This document shows positions 1-13,532 of a stretch of 64,000 bases of DNA, piece by piece. The DNA comes from Octopus sinensis. Its lineage: Eukaryota. The notes beneath the pieces are model-generated. The model was not told the origin of the DNA. It saw only the letters and a list, made by a program, of their open reading frames with translations, and searched no databases. The stretch's first letter is position 1. Each line of letters begins with the position of its first letter. A program made the position numbers and the translations under genes. The stretch covers positions 31,186,001 to 31,250,000 of the forward strand of contig NC_043003.1 of assembly GCF_006345805.1 (NCBI RefSeq), read 5' to 3'.

Positions 1-138
1 TATTAAGGATGATCTGGAGGCATCAAAGCCTAACGAATACATGATCCGTTAGATTTCACGAGGAACTTCGGAATTAATTGAATTTCGCAAAGTAGGTTAT
101 CATTATTATCCAGTGACTTTACTTATTGCTTTGCTGAA

Positions 139-165
139 CATCATCTTCATCATCATCTTCATCAT

Positions 166-221
<56 letters not shown>

Positions 222-280
222 CCACCACCATCATCATCATCATCATCTTCATCATCATCGTCATCATCATCATCATCATC

Positions 281-313
<33 letters not shown>

Positions 314-500
314 GTCGTCGTCGTCGTCGTCGTCGTCGTTGTCATCAGCAACAACAACAGCAGCAACAAAGCGATGGCACACAGTATGGAAAACAGACGG
401 AACAGTCATGGATGCAATGAATTAGATCCGCTGGAACCGAGAAGAAGAAGAAGAAGAAGAAGAAGGTTAAACAACAACAACAACAACACCACCACCAATA
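139..500. repeat. Compound trinucleotide microsatellite (CAT)n/(CAC)n-(CGT)n-(CAA/CAG)n, then (AGA)n and (AAC)n
   Basis: Directly visible; explains the poly-I/poly-D/poly-M ORFs in the track. Confidence 0.95.
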
Positions 501-689
501 ACATCAACATCAGTCCGGAATGTCCGTTAATACTGACTCTGATACTACCACGAATCCCATTCCTGAGCCAAATACTAACACTGAACATCGCATCATAACC
601 ACACCATGGTTAGGAACTGTAAATAGCGAGCCTCCTATATTATAATCATCATCAACCCATACAATCGTAACACAGGTATAATTTCAAAC

Positions 690-880
690 TCGGGCAAATG
701 TGTCCCTTGAAAGGAAACTGCATCCAAGATATTGTGGTGTTTGAGTGTGTAGTAACTAGCTGCTTCACAATTAGAAATTGCAGCGGTGCCTCCACTAGCC
801 TGGTGATGCTCAGAATATCAACCCATAAACACAATCTAAACGAATCTAATACCGTCTAACTGAATATATTTACTCGCCCA
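690..880 (+). mobile_element. Degenerate Penelope-like GIY-YIG endonuclease fragment
   Basis: The + strand reads KLGQMCPLKGNCIQDIVVFECVVT...RISTHKHNLN, then LTEYIYS in a shifted frame. This matches the Penelope CPLxGxCL..VVY.A.V / HK.SF / LSKYIW pattern. Confidence 0.6.
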
Positions 881-918
881 ACTACATTAACTATGATATA
901 TATATATATATAATATAT

Positions 919-961
<43 letters not shown>

Positions 962-1451
962 CTGTAATAATATGTGACGATTATTCAGTTGCCATAATAA
1001 GGCTCCGAGTTTCGGATGTCGGGGCGGAAACGTATTATATTACAGATAAATTCCTCTATTTACATAATATCTCACCACCAAAGATTTGGCTGCTATTTCT
1101 AGCACGTCCTGCTATCACGTAACAGCTATTTGCGATAATAGACCCGAAATACCAGTTACGTGGTAGCAGATCGTGCAAGAAATAGTAACCAGATTTTTTT
1201 CTTTTCTGGAGAAGAAAGCCGTTTACGCGTGATTTGGATGTCACGTTCGTTGAAAGCGCGCGTATACACACACAAACACACACAAACATACACACACACG
1301 CACACGCGCACACACACATAAATATATATATATAACACACACACATATATATACATATATATATTATAATAAATATATATATATATGACATACATATATA
1401 TACATATATATACATATGTCTATACATATATATACAGATATATATATATAC

Positions 1452-1513
<62 letters not shown>

Positions 1514-1517
1514 ATAT

Positions 1518-1553
<36 letters not shown>

Positions 1554-1554
1554 T

Positions 1555-1885
1555 ATATTAAATTAGAGAAGAACCAAAATGTAGCAATTCAACAATGATA
1601 TAATTAAATCATACCATATAGAAAAAAATTTAAATATACGATAAAACATACACCTATAATTAAATAAAATACAAAATAATAAATAAATAGCATATAATTA
1701 GTAAAAAGGCTACACGTGTTTCGTGGCTATATTTTCAAACTGATAACAGTAAAATCAATTCAGTTTAAATATATGGTTCTTCTCTAAATTATATACATAT
1801 ATTATATATTGTGAAATTTGATTTAGAATTACTAAATTGAATTTTCCCTGGAAGTTTGGAATCATATTCCCTAATATTATTATTA
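1555..1885. mobile_element. Two head-to-head pieces of an AT-rich Penelope pLTR-like repeat, homologous to 57231-57500
   Basis: The reverse complement of 1790-1880 (aatattagggaata..tccaaactt.cagggaaaa) matches 57231-57330, and 1558-1600 matches 57320-57365 directly. A decayed hammerhead-like motif lies at 1708-1740 (-). Confidence 0.55.
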
Positions 1886-1992
1886 TCATCATATATATAT
1901 ATACATATATATATACACACACACACACACATATATATATATAATATAGACACATATATATATACATATATATACAATATATATATATTATA

Positions 1993-2052
<60 letters not shown>

Positions 2053-2148
2053 ACGGGAAGCTTTATGAAAAAACAAAAGACGAAGGCAGGTGGAAAACAA
2101 ACGAACAATTGTATTAGTATGGCGCTCAGGAAATATAAATAAAACAAG

Positions 2149-2186
2149 TCTTTAACGTTTCGAGCCTACGCTCTTCAACAGAAAGA
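2149..2186 (-). ncRNA. Minimal type I hammerhead-ribozyme-like motif (CUGUUGA core variant) in a Penelope pLTR
   Basis: The - strand reads UCUUU-CUGUUGA-A-GAGC GUAG GCUC-GAAAC-GUU-AAAGA: stem I 5 bp, stem II 4 bp, palindromic AACGUU stem III. Confidence 0.55.
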
Positions 2187-2354
2187 TACACAGAGAGAGA
2201 AAAACACAGAAAGAAGGAGAGAAAAAAATGCGTGCAGTAGCTAACGAATCAACATGGCGATCTGATTTCGGCCAGAGGTCAAGATCAAACATGAGACGCG
2301 AGAGCGAAATAAGGGGAATAATAGGGTTGATAAAAGGGGTTGAGGAACCAGCTA

Positions 2355-2680
2355 AAAGTGCGTGGGAGGGGTCTGGATGTGTGTATGTATAGGGTTGGTG
2401 TATGTATTAGTATGTATAAGGGTTGTGTGTGTGTGTGTGTGTGTATGAGAGAGTATAGTGCGTAGGATTGGTCTGGACGTGCGTATGTATGGGGTTGGTG
2501 TATGTATTAGTATGTATTAGTATGTATTAGTACGTATTGGTATGTATAGGGTGTGTGTGTGTGTGAGAGAGTATAAGTGCGTATGCGGGGTCTGGACGTG
2601 TGTATGTATAGGGTTGGTGTAAGTATTAGTATGTACTAGTATGTATTATGTATTATTATGTATTAGTTGGTGTGTGTATT
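2355..2680. repeat. About 3 copies of a ~105-bp tandem repeat inside the Penelope 3' region
   Basis: gtgcgt..gggtctgga.gtgtgtatgtatagggttggtgtatgtattagtatgta recurs near 2358, 2458 and 2577. Confidence 0.8.
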
Positions 2681-3781
2681 AGTATGGCACATCATATGTG
2701 ATGTGATGTGTAAAGTCATGTGGTGTAGTGAGGAGAAGAGGGGGAGAAGGGGAGAGGGGAGGGAAGAAGAGGGGGAGGAGAAGGGGGAAGAGGAGAGGAT
2801 GGGGGAGAAGGAAGGGGAGAGAGGGAGCAGAGGGAAGGGGAAGAGGGAGGGAGAAAGAGGGAAGAAGGGAAGGGGAGTAGGGGTGAAAGGATGAAGGACT
2901 GAAGAAGTGGGGGGTCGGGGGGGGGAAAGGATAGGTGAGGAGGGGGGAGGGGGGTTAGATGAGGAGGGGGGGGTTAGATGAGGAGGGGGGAGAGTTGAGA
3001 CCAAATGGCGTATAAGAGCGAAGAGAGAAGATTAATTCCTGTTCACGGCGCAAACGGGAATCCGGATGGCCTCTGTGTAAGACAAACCGAACACAGATAG
3101 GTGTTTGCAAGGAGTGACCGGTGGAGCGGAAATGGCGTGAGACCGGTGTGTCGTTCGCAAGGTGATGTCACGAAGTGTTCCGCGAACCGGTCAGCCAAGC
3201 GGCGTCCCGTTTGTCCGATGTACAAGGAATTGCAGAGAGAACAAGAGATGCAATAGATAATATTGCTGGAGTGCAGGTGAAGGAGTGGATGATGGGATAG
3301 GGTCGATGGTGGGTGCTAGTGAGGCGGCGGTGGTGTTGGAGAGGTAAGGGCAAGTGCGGCAACGTGGGCGGGAGCAGGGGAACGAGCCGGGTTGGGAGGT
3401 AGGGTCAGGGAAGGAGCTATGGACCAAAAGGTCTCGAAGGTTGTGGGCTCGTTTTGAAAGAGGGAAGGGGTCGGTTAGGGAAGAGGTGTGAAAGTGGACG
3501 GGTCGGACTGGAGATGACGGAAAGCTCGAAGAATGGTGCGTTGCGAGACGTAGGTCGTGGGTGGTAAGTGAGGGGAAAAGGGAGGCGGGAGACTACAGGG
3601 CGGGTTCGGGGAGAGAGAGCAATACACGGTCCACGGACCGTGCTCTGGCAGGGCGGGCGGTGTGGATAGTGGTAAGGGATAGACACATAATATATACATT
3701 ATTATACATATTATATATATATATACATATATATATATATACATATATATACATATATATATATATATACATATATATACT

Positions 3782-3816
<35 letters not shown>

Positions 3817-3817
3817 C

Positions 3818-3916
<99 letters not shown>

Positions 3917-4757
3917 GTATATACATATGTATGTATGTATGTACGCAGGCATGCACGTATCTGAAGAAAAAGACACAAATATGGATAGGAAACTTCAAAA
4001 GGTGCACGAAATGGTATAATTCCAGAAGTGAGCGTGAAATCAAGATACACAAACACACATACACATAAATGTTTTCTAAATCTACCTACCTACCTATTTA
4101 ACAATATGACACGTACACATGCAGATGCGCGCGTGCACACACACCACACGTACCTACACTCCCCCACGTTCCTATGTGTCTGTGTCATATACGTATGCAT
4201 GTATTTATGAATGTGTGTGTGCATGGAAGTAAGCAACACGTACATCTCCACACTTCCGGCTTTACACACCGTTACGAGTTTACTTTGGTCTCTTGTAAAA
4301 TCTTGAGAAGTAACTCTTCAACTTCAAGTGTGTTTCTGTTTAATTTTCAACATTTAAGCAACTGTAATTGCACAAATCTGTATATGTGAACAGCTGGATT
4401 TGTAGAGCACGTTCATATGTGTGTGACTCGTATAAACGTGCTTGAGTGCCTATACATTGTGAATGATATTACTCTCAACATAGCCTATATATTGGTGGTT
4501 ATACGCGTCTAACTTTATTAAATCTTATTAAAATATGATTAAGTGTCCAACGAATAAATTACAACATCAAACGAACGTTCTGTCTTTTAACTTACGGATG
4601 TCTCAGCTTGTAATATTTTCTTTAATGTTCTTCATCCACTTTCCCCATCCTTTTCTCTGCTTAATTTTGCATCCACCTCCATCTCTCTCTTCATCTCTTT
4701 ATCAGGCTAATCGTCCGTCTGTCCGTTTCTTTGTCTGCCTATCAACTCTTTATCTCT

Positions 4758-4802
<45 letters not shown>

Positions 4803-5195
4803 CCTTCTAAATTATTTTCACTCTTCTAAGACTGATCTTCTCCATTCTTCTTATCTTGATTTTACGCTCAATTCTGGAATTATACAATTTCGTGTACCTT
4901 TTGATGTTTCCTATCCATATTTTTGTCTTTCTCTCTTCAGATACGTGTTTGCCTGCATACATTCATATATACATACATACATACATACATACATACATAC
5001 ATACATACATACATACATAGACACACAATACTCGAAGCGACAAGCCGCGTATTGGCGTGGTAGACTATTTATCGAAGATACGATGAATACTATCTCCAAC
5101 TTTGGAGCCGCAACTATCAGCCTTGTTAAATAACTGATTAATCTTCCGATGAATTAACTGATCGTAGTGATTTTCGACTGAAACTTGAATTTAGC

Positions 5196-6975
5196 ATGCA
5201 GAGAGTTACTACAAACAACATGGGTGGACACGGCATCAACAACCACACAATCAAGGAACAGAACGAAAACAGCAGCTCAACAGGTAAACAAATTCTTTCT
5301 AGCTGCAGTTATAGAAGAAACCGTAACTACAAAATTCATTTCTTTTGGAGTTATGAATTGAATAATGATCTATTTAACTGCTTCGGAAAAGTGAAACTAA
5401 ATCCCACTGTTTGTTATATGAATCGATTGAAATCATATTGGGACGATATGCATCCAGAATAAAATAATTTTACTGCGAAGCAACTACACCAACAAGCAAC
5501 ATTTGTAGAACATAGAAAGGAGGTTAGTAACCGTAACTTTTTTAAAAAATCGAAAATTAACCTTCTTCCCAACTCTATAAACAAAACCGAAAACGTGAAT
5601 AATATAAGACCAATACGTGGTTTCACAGCTAGCGACATTCCAACAGATTCCACTGTTTCTTGCGAGCCAAACTAGATTACTGGCTCAAGTAACTGACCAC
5701 TGTCCTCCTACTACGACTATGGTAAATAGCAGGCACAAACGCAACGGTTATCGTAGTAGTAATGTAGTCGGGATTATATGTCGGTGAAATGTGTCCTTAC
5801 GGAAATTACCTGAGAAAAAATAACTTTGGTTTTGAAGTACTCTCTTGAGGAGGGAGTATTCTCTACCAAATTAATTAAAAACCCACCAGATACGATATTA
5901 ACAGCTGTTACCGAAAACGGTGATGAGTATTTACAATAGTGTGATGAACCCACATACTGGCAGATTAACGCCTGTTTACATGCTCTGGCTACAACTATAA
6001 AATAGTACAAGAGTGGTATTCAAAAAGTAAACGAAGCCGAAATATCAAAGGAAGTACCATCATAGGTTTTGAAGACAGAGAAAAAGATAGCTGGTTTATG
6101 GAAGACCATCAGTCATGTAATGATGCTTATTGCATACAAACAAGCAAAATCATTATACATCCCAGCAACAGAAAGTAAAGAAGGAAATAGAAATGATGTT
6201 TAGAGATAGCAAAAAGAGGATACTCACTTGCAAACTGATTACCTTCAAGCGCAAACTGATTACCCTCAAGCAGGAACTAAAAACTGTCAGTGAAAAACTC
6301 TGACATCAGAAAAGAATAACCAAGAGAAGAACAATAAACAAAAAATTTAACCGCAACCAGGCAGCAGTATACAGAGACATGAGAGGAGGATCAGTAAACA
6401 TTATGGAAGTTCCTTCATGAGAAGACATAGACTCCTTCTGGAAGAAAATCTTGAGTGAATAGAAGGAATTTAACCAAGATGCTCTGTGGCTGGACGAAAT
6501 CTGAAAGAGTTATTGCTCCTGCATTACATCCAAGACATGCAACATTGATGGTGAAACTCTTGCAACGGTGATCCGGAATCTTCAGGATGGAAAAGCACCT
6601 GGAAGAGACTTGATTGTTGGATATTGGTACAAGAGGCTAACATTCTACTTATCATATCTTATCAATCTATACCAGCAAGCTCTCATTGGGAACAGTAGCA
6701 TACCACACTGGTTAGCTCTGGCAGAGACAAAATTGATCCCCAAATGCAGAACCACCCACATGGCAAAAAACTACCGGCCAATTGCATGCCAGAACTTAAT
6801 GTATAAGATATATACCGCATGTTTAAGCCTCTTCCTCCAGGACCATTGTGAAACCAATAACATTATCACAGCAGAACAAGCAGCTGGGAAGAAGCGAGTC
6901 TGGAGATGTGCCGAGCAATTGTTAATCAACAAAACTGTGATGTCAGAGGTGCGACAGCATAGGAGGAACATATAT
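5196..6975 (+). mobile_element. Degenerate R4/Dong-type non-LTR retrotransposon, N-terminal region to early RT, 3'-truncated
   Basis: YMNRLKSYWDDMHPE, FNRNQAAVYRDM, GKAPGRDLIVGYWYKRL, WLALAETKLIPK..KNYRPIACQNLMYKIYT, EQAAGKK..CAEQLLINK; many stops and frameshifts. Confidence 0.85.
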
Positions 6976-7059
6976 TCACGAAAAAAAAAACGTTTGACAG
7001 TTTTCTTTGAAGTTCGGCTCACTTGACTTCATAATAATGTATGTATGTATGTATGTATG

Positions 7060-7091
<32 letters not shown>

Positions 7092-8019
7092 TATGTATGT
7101 ATGTATGTATGTATGTGTGTGTGTTTGTGTGCGTGTGTGTACGCACCTGCGTTTCAGTGTTTGTCTGTATATGTATCTATATACGTATTTTACATCTACT
7201 ACGTAATCTTAGGTAGAGCTAAGCCTTACACTCCAGTCTATAAAGTTTGCTAACTCTTTCTTGCACGGAGTATGCAACACCTATCTTTTCCCTTTGTATA
7301 CATCTTATACTCATACTAATAACACGACCTCATCTCAAGTCACACATTCAGTGTCTTAAATACGCACTACCTGCACAGTTGAATCATCCACAGCTGAGCA
7401 TATATGTGTAAGCATTTGCGTGCATGCATTAGTATATGCATTTACGTAAAAACTAGCAGAAAGTCGGACCTCTAAGGGGTTTTCTGCTTGCCACTTGATA
7501 ATATTTTTACATTTGATTCCCTATTCTAATAATTTTTATGATATTTTGGTCTAATTATTTCTTTGTACAATAGTGCTCACTTACTTAGTAAATTTGCCTT
7601 CATTATTTTATCAGTCATAGACTCTCTTTTTTAAACAAACTTCATGGTAGTCCAACAACGGAGGGAGTAGCATTTTGTCAAGTTTTAACTTCCCTCCAAA
7701 AGCAAAAGAGATTTCAATTCAGCAGCCCATCTGTAAGGTTTGCAGTAGATGTGTGAGAAAGAGAAAGGGAGCAGAGAGAACATTGGAAACGATAAATGAA
7801 GTAAACATGAAATGAAAATATAGCATAAATAAAAGGGCGCTACAACAGATGTATACACCCCCGACTTAGTTGCCTCATAACATGGATACGTTTTAACAAA
7901 ATTTTCTACAAATACCGCTTTGATGTTGTGGCTTCATAGTATATGGAGATTTATGGGGAAGAATTCTTCCGAGGGGGTGGAGAGAGGAGTTTCAGAAAAT
8001 CCACACTATCCAAATTTTT

Positions 8020-8043
8020 CCCCAGACACAACAGTATATATAT

Positions 8044-8114
<71 letters not shown>

Positions 8115-8171
8115 ATATACACTGTTGTGTCTGGGGAGAATCATTTTCTTTTTGTGCCCCAGACACAACAG
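8020..8171. repeat. Three copies of a 15-bp motif (CCCCAGACACAACAG) in +/-/+ orientation around a (TA)n array; TA-flanked DNA-transposon-like ends
   Basis: Copies at 8020-8034 (+), 8122-8136 (-) and 8157-8171 (+). Confidence 0.6.
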
Positions 8172-8252
8172 AATATGCTTCAACACATGAACTCACATAA
8201 AGAATCTTGCAAACCAAATCCAAAAACGAAATATATATACATATATCTCATT

Positions 8253-8644
8253 TACTCATTTACTTGTTTCAGTCATTTGACTGTGGCCATGCTGGAGCAC
8301 CGCCTTTAGTCGAGCAAATCGACCCCAGGACTTATTCTTTGTAAGCCTAGTACTTATTCTATCGGTCTCTTTTGCCGAACCGCTAAGCGACGGGGACGTA
8401 AACACACCACCATCGCTTGTCAAGCGATGTTGGGTGGATAAACACGACACACAAACATACACATACATATATATATATATACGACGGGCTTCTTTCAGCT
8501 TCTGTCTACCAAATCCACTCACAAGGCCTTGGTCGGCCCGAGGCTATAGTAGAAGACACTTGCCCAAGGTGCCACACAGTGGGACTGAACCCGGAACCAT
8601 GTGGTTGGTAAGCAAGCTACTTACCACGCAGCCACTCCTACGCC
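8253..8644 (-). mobile_element. SINE family B (tRNA-like head, CORE-like CCTTGGGCAAGTG box, internal TA/TG microsatellite, AAAGAGT tail), full length
   Basis: Near-identical to 9811-10245 (+) and 35899-36331 (-). Confidence 0.9.
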
Positions 8645-8668
8645 AATAGCCACACGCACACATATATA

Positions 8669-8710
<42 letters not shown>

Positions 8711-9219
8711 AATACACACACATTCATTTATTCGAATTAGAATTTTGACTCCGTTACTCTCCGAGACGCCTGTTGATATCACGTCGCTAAAGGCGACTGA
8801 TGGAATATTGTTATTTCCGACACCACCAGAATTTCAATCAAATGCTATTAGTTAGTTTGTCAGGACAGTCATTCTTGCTGATGGCTGAATGGCATGTAAG
8901 ATTAGTGACAGGTGGCTTCTGATAACGTAGATTTATGACTCGCACGTTGTCATCAGAAAGATTTGGTGCAACGTACGTCTGTCAAAGAATTATACTGCAG
9001 ACACCCAATAGGCAATAGTTAATGATGTTCAGTGTAGACTAACTATCGGGACATCTACGGCTTTCCATTGGTGGGTTAAATTTTGTTCGCGTGTTGATTG
9101 TAGAGGTGATTACAGAGTTGGCAGGCAACCTGGACTTAATCAGAGTGCGTGCGTGTGTGCACACAACAAACATCACACAGAAGCGCACAGAAACATCACA
9201 CAGAAACACACACACATGC

Positions 9220-9254
<35 letters not shown>

Positions 9255-9486
9255 CACACACACACACACACACAGAGAAACACAGTCACCTAAACACATG
9301 ATTTCGAGTATTCACAAACGTGAAATGACTGATCACTGTCAGCTAGTGAACCATTCAATTTCACCAGCAAAAAATGTATGTATGTATGTATGTATGTATG
9401 TACGTATGTATGTATGTATGTGTGAGTATGTATGCTTGTATGTATGTATGCATGTATGTATCTATCTAAACATGCATACACATACA

Positions 9487-9545
<59 letters not shown>

Positions 9546-9810
9546 CATTCGTTTAGTGTTGTATTTGGAGTAACTGAGGCTCTTATTTCTGTCTGTGTTT
9601 TTATATTTGTCCGTAATTGAGTGGGAATATAATGTCTTTTAGAATCGCGCTGTAGCTGAATAAACCGTAGGAGGAAAGATGGTTGTCCAGTGCATCTGAG
9701 GCTGTTCAAAGGAAGAGGAATTATCCTTCGACTGGAGACGTGGAAACAATCCTTGCAACAGTGTGAAATCGGTTAAAAATATACAGACCAAGTGTTGTTG
9801 TTAAACAAAA

Positions 9811-9959
9811 GCACATGAGTGGCTGTGTGGTAAGTAGCTTGCTTACCAACCACATGGTTCCGTGGCAGTCCCACTGCGTGGCACTTTGGAGAAGTGTCTT
9901 CTACTATAACCTCAGGTCGACCAAAGCCTTGGTAGACGGAAACTGAAAGAAGCCCGTCG

Positions 9960-10018
<59 letters not shown>

Positions 10019-10245
10019 TGTGTGTGTGTGCTTGTGTGTCTGTGTTTGTCCCCCCCCAACATCGCTTGACAACCGATAGTGGTGTGTTTACCTCCCCGTA
10101 ACGTAGCGGTTCGGTAAAATAGTACGATAGAATAAGTACTAGGCTTACAGAGAATAAGTCCTGGGGTCGATTTGCTCGACTAAAGTTGGTGCTCCAGCAT
10201 GGCTGCAGTCAAATGACTGAAACAAGTAAAAGAGTAAAAGAGTAA
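9811..10245 (+). mobile_element. SINE family B, full length
   Basis: gagtggctgtgtggtaagtagcttgc head; ends aagtaaaagagtaaaagagt. Confidence 0.9.
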
Positions 10246-10814
10246 AGGTTTAATTCAAAAACAACATATTAAAAACGACCCACTGGTATGCTTCAACGCA
10301 ATTCCACTCTATTAAGGATTTTTCCTGGGATGGAAACCCAAACACTTTCTTACAAAGTGTAATTCTTAATTGTACAGCCATGTTAGCACGTATATTTTGT
10401 TGCTGATAGCTGGCACACGGATGTAGTATTGGTACAACCTGAACCAGTGTTAATGCGTACCGCTCTGTATTGTGTTCTTTATGGTATTCAATATGGTTTG
10501 GATCAGAAGATCGGGACTCTAGACTTCGTTGATATAATCCATCATAAGTTAAATGCATTGTTTGCTATATATATAATCAACACAAAACCTATAATTATCT
10601 TTAAAAAAGTTATCAACGCAAATCCTTTAATTATCTACAAAAAATTATAAACTGCATAATATCTATATTATACTTAATATAAAATGAGTAAATAATAGTT
10701 TTAATTTGTTGTTAAAAAAAACCCCAACAATTATTTACGGGTAGATTTCGGCATGTAAATATAACCATTAACGGTAGGAACTTTTATAAAAAAAAGTTCA
10801 ATATATATTTTTGT

Positions 10815-11050
10815 ATATAGATAAAAGGGGCGGGCAACAGGTTGCTTAGCCACATACCGAAAAATTAGAAATAGCAGTCAAAGACTGTTTATTTCTATTT
10901 TCTACAAATGAGACTCCACATACGACATATCCCTGTAATTCACACGTGGAGTCTCATTTGTAGAAAATAGAAATAAACAGTCTTTGACTGCTATTTCTAA
11001 TTTTTCGGTATGTGGCTAATCAACCTGTTGCCTGCCCCTTTTATTTATAT
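10815..11050. repeat. Fold-back inverted repeat, ~105-bp arms (10815-10919 / 10946-11050), 26-nt spacer
   Basis: The arms are reverse complements with only a few mismatches. Confidence 0.95.
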
Positions 11051-11139
11051 TATACTTAATATATCTACTTCGTAATGAATATAATCAATGTAAGCGTTAA
11101 TTTTTAAATTAAAGTCTGTATTAAACATTGTCATTATAG

Positions 11140-11290
11140 ATTAAATTAGGATAACCTTGCTTTTTGCTGTCGAAATTGCAGCTTTTCTGAGATTCTCTGC
11201 TGTCTTTAGTAACGAGGCTTTCTGTATAAGGTCTTCATCATGTTATTCTTTCCTTCACTTTCATTGTTTTCCCCGTATCGTTGAGATTTT
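11140..11290 (-). mobile_element. 3' tip of an R4/Dong-type element
   Basis: The - strand reads DLIQKASLLKTAENLRK, similar to the Dong C-terminus IQK.VL.GTAHILRK seen at 21670-21728. Confidence 0.5.
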
Positions 11291-11724
11291 TTTTATTAGC
11301 GAAATGGCAATTATTAGAACTCTATGACTCTGACTTATAACTCTTCTGTTTTATGAGTTTCAATTTTCTTACCTGTTTTTTAATGCCTATTTGATTTGAA
11401 GTAGCGAAGATATTGATATATATTTATATATTTTTTTTTGAGCAACTGAATTTTAGTCAGTCAGTTGATGGGCCCCACTACCTCAAATGTTCTTAAAATT
11501 TAAATCCACATCTTTGTCTATATATCTACCTTCTCTATAATGTTACCACTTGATATGAAAATTATGTATTAATGGAAAACCTCTATCAATGGTTGATGAG
11601 TGCTCAGCATTTTAAAACTGTTATAATACTTACAACATTTAATAAAATGATGTAGTGCGAAACGATCGTACCAAATTACCGGAGTTATTCTTGTTGCTTA
11701 TTTTGATTATATATATATATAATG

Positions 11725-11901
11725 TAAAACACTTTGATTCGGTTCTGTGCTACTTCAAGTTTCGCAGGCCCCTAACGGGAGCTTTTGGAATGCTAAATCC
11801 AGCATATACGCTTCGCATTCCAGAATCCTGAAAGAATCGGCAGGCTCCCGTTAGGGGCCTGCGAAACTCGAAGTAGCACGGAACCGAATCAAACTGTTTT
11901 A
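11725..11901. repeat. Fold-back inverted repeat, ~58-bp GC-richer arms with an inner stem
   Basis: 11725-11782 pairs with 11844-11901; inner tggaatgc/gcattcca stem. Confidence 0.95.
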
Positions 11902-12303
11902 AATAATGCATGTTATTCGTACATAATCTGTTGAGTGCCATTTTCCTTCGTTTGCGCGCGTGTGCACAATGTGCACATTTATGTATGTATATTGGTATGT
12001 ATGTAACTATTTGCGTATTTGTTTGTCATTCTCCCTGTCAATTTGTTGAAATTAGTCCCGACCACTCCGCTCCATTTTTTCTTTTATACATTCTTCCCTC
12101 TCTGACATGTGCCCCGTGATATATTCGTTCGAAAGGCTATAAAGACTAAAATCATAATGATGTGTGATGTAAGAGAGAAAGATGCAGATGATGAGTGATT
12201 GAGAGAAACGAAAAATAAACTGCACGAAAACTTAGATGTATCAATAAAAGTCCATGTGAGAAGACAGAGAAATAAAGAAGGTGAAAGAGATACGAAAAAG
12301 GAT

Positions 12304-12343
<40 letters not shown>

Positions 12344-13155
12344 TTCAAAGTAAACAAAGAAGGAGATGGCTAAAGGGAAAACGAAAGCAAATGAGAGAGA
12401 GAGAGAGTGGGAAAGAAAATGATATATATTATAAGAGAGAGAGAGAGAGAGAGAGAGTGAGAGAGAGAGAGAGAGGGAGAGAGAGAAACAGAGAGAGAAA
12501 GGAAGAAAGAGAGAGAAAGAGAGTAAGAGTGAATGAAAAAGAAAAAGAAGTTAATATACGTTAAGCCATAAATAAATAATATGAAATAAAAACAAAAATA
12601 ATGGTGAGGAAAACAATAATAATAATAAAAATAAAAAAACTTAGGAATTTCAGAACGATGCATTTATACAAGAGGAAGGACTATACAAAGAACCTAATAA
12701 GTTTCTTCTATAGAGAATACTCCTGGTTTTTCTTTCGATCATTTGTATTGTAAAAATCATCTTTATCTCAGGATGAATATGCCCGTATTTTTTTTTATGC
12801 TTTGGATAATGAAAAGAATTATTTGAAACTTGCATATTCCTGATACAAATATTATTCCTCACAATACCGAAAATGTTTTAATATTTCCATCATTTTGTTG
12901 TTTAATTTTCTATTCTGTGCTTTGAGACAACGTCAGACTCAGGCATAATGAATAATTTATACCATTTATATCCATACTGAATTTACCTGTTTATTTATTT
13001 GACAATTTCATATATATATATTACGTGTGTATACATGCATTCTCTGTGCATATACATTTATGTATGTAAGTATGTATGCATGTATGCATGTATGTATATA
13101 TGTAAAATTCATATATGCTTGTATATAATATTCCTGCATTCATGTATATATATGC

Positions 13156-13225
<70 letters not shown>

Positions 13226-13272
13226 TATACAATTATATTATATATATGTATATATATATATATATATAATAT

Positions 13273-13305
<33 letters not shown>

Positions 13306-13501
13306 GCATATGCACCAGCACATATATACATATATAAACGCATGCATACATACATGTATATATATATGTATATATACACACATATGTATGCGTGAAAGCA
13401 AGTGCGTGTATGTATACACATCACGCCAGTGTCCCACCTCGTAACATACACCACAGCGCATCTCATGCAGAAACGCATTAATACATGCATTCACACACAC
13501 A

Positions 13502-13532
<31 letters not shown>

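Larger units (their letters stand above)
2052..3690 (-). mobile_element. Penelope-like element 3' part: RT C-terminus, linker and GIY-YIG remnants, low-complexity 3' region and pLTR
   Basis: Frameshifted - strand peptides: [85 protein letters not shown]. The pLTR at ~2052-2250 is homologous to 36335-36503. Confidence 0.85.

Noticed and set aside
106-598. ORFs with poly-D, poly-I or poly-M runs
   Set aside because: Translations of trinucleotide microsatellites; no recognisable domain or convincing splice context.
10250-10558. 102-aa non-repetitive ORF on the - strand
   Set aside because: No recognisable motif; length is within chance expectation for six frames of 64 kb.
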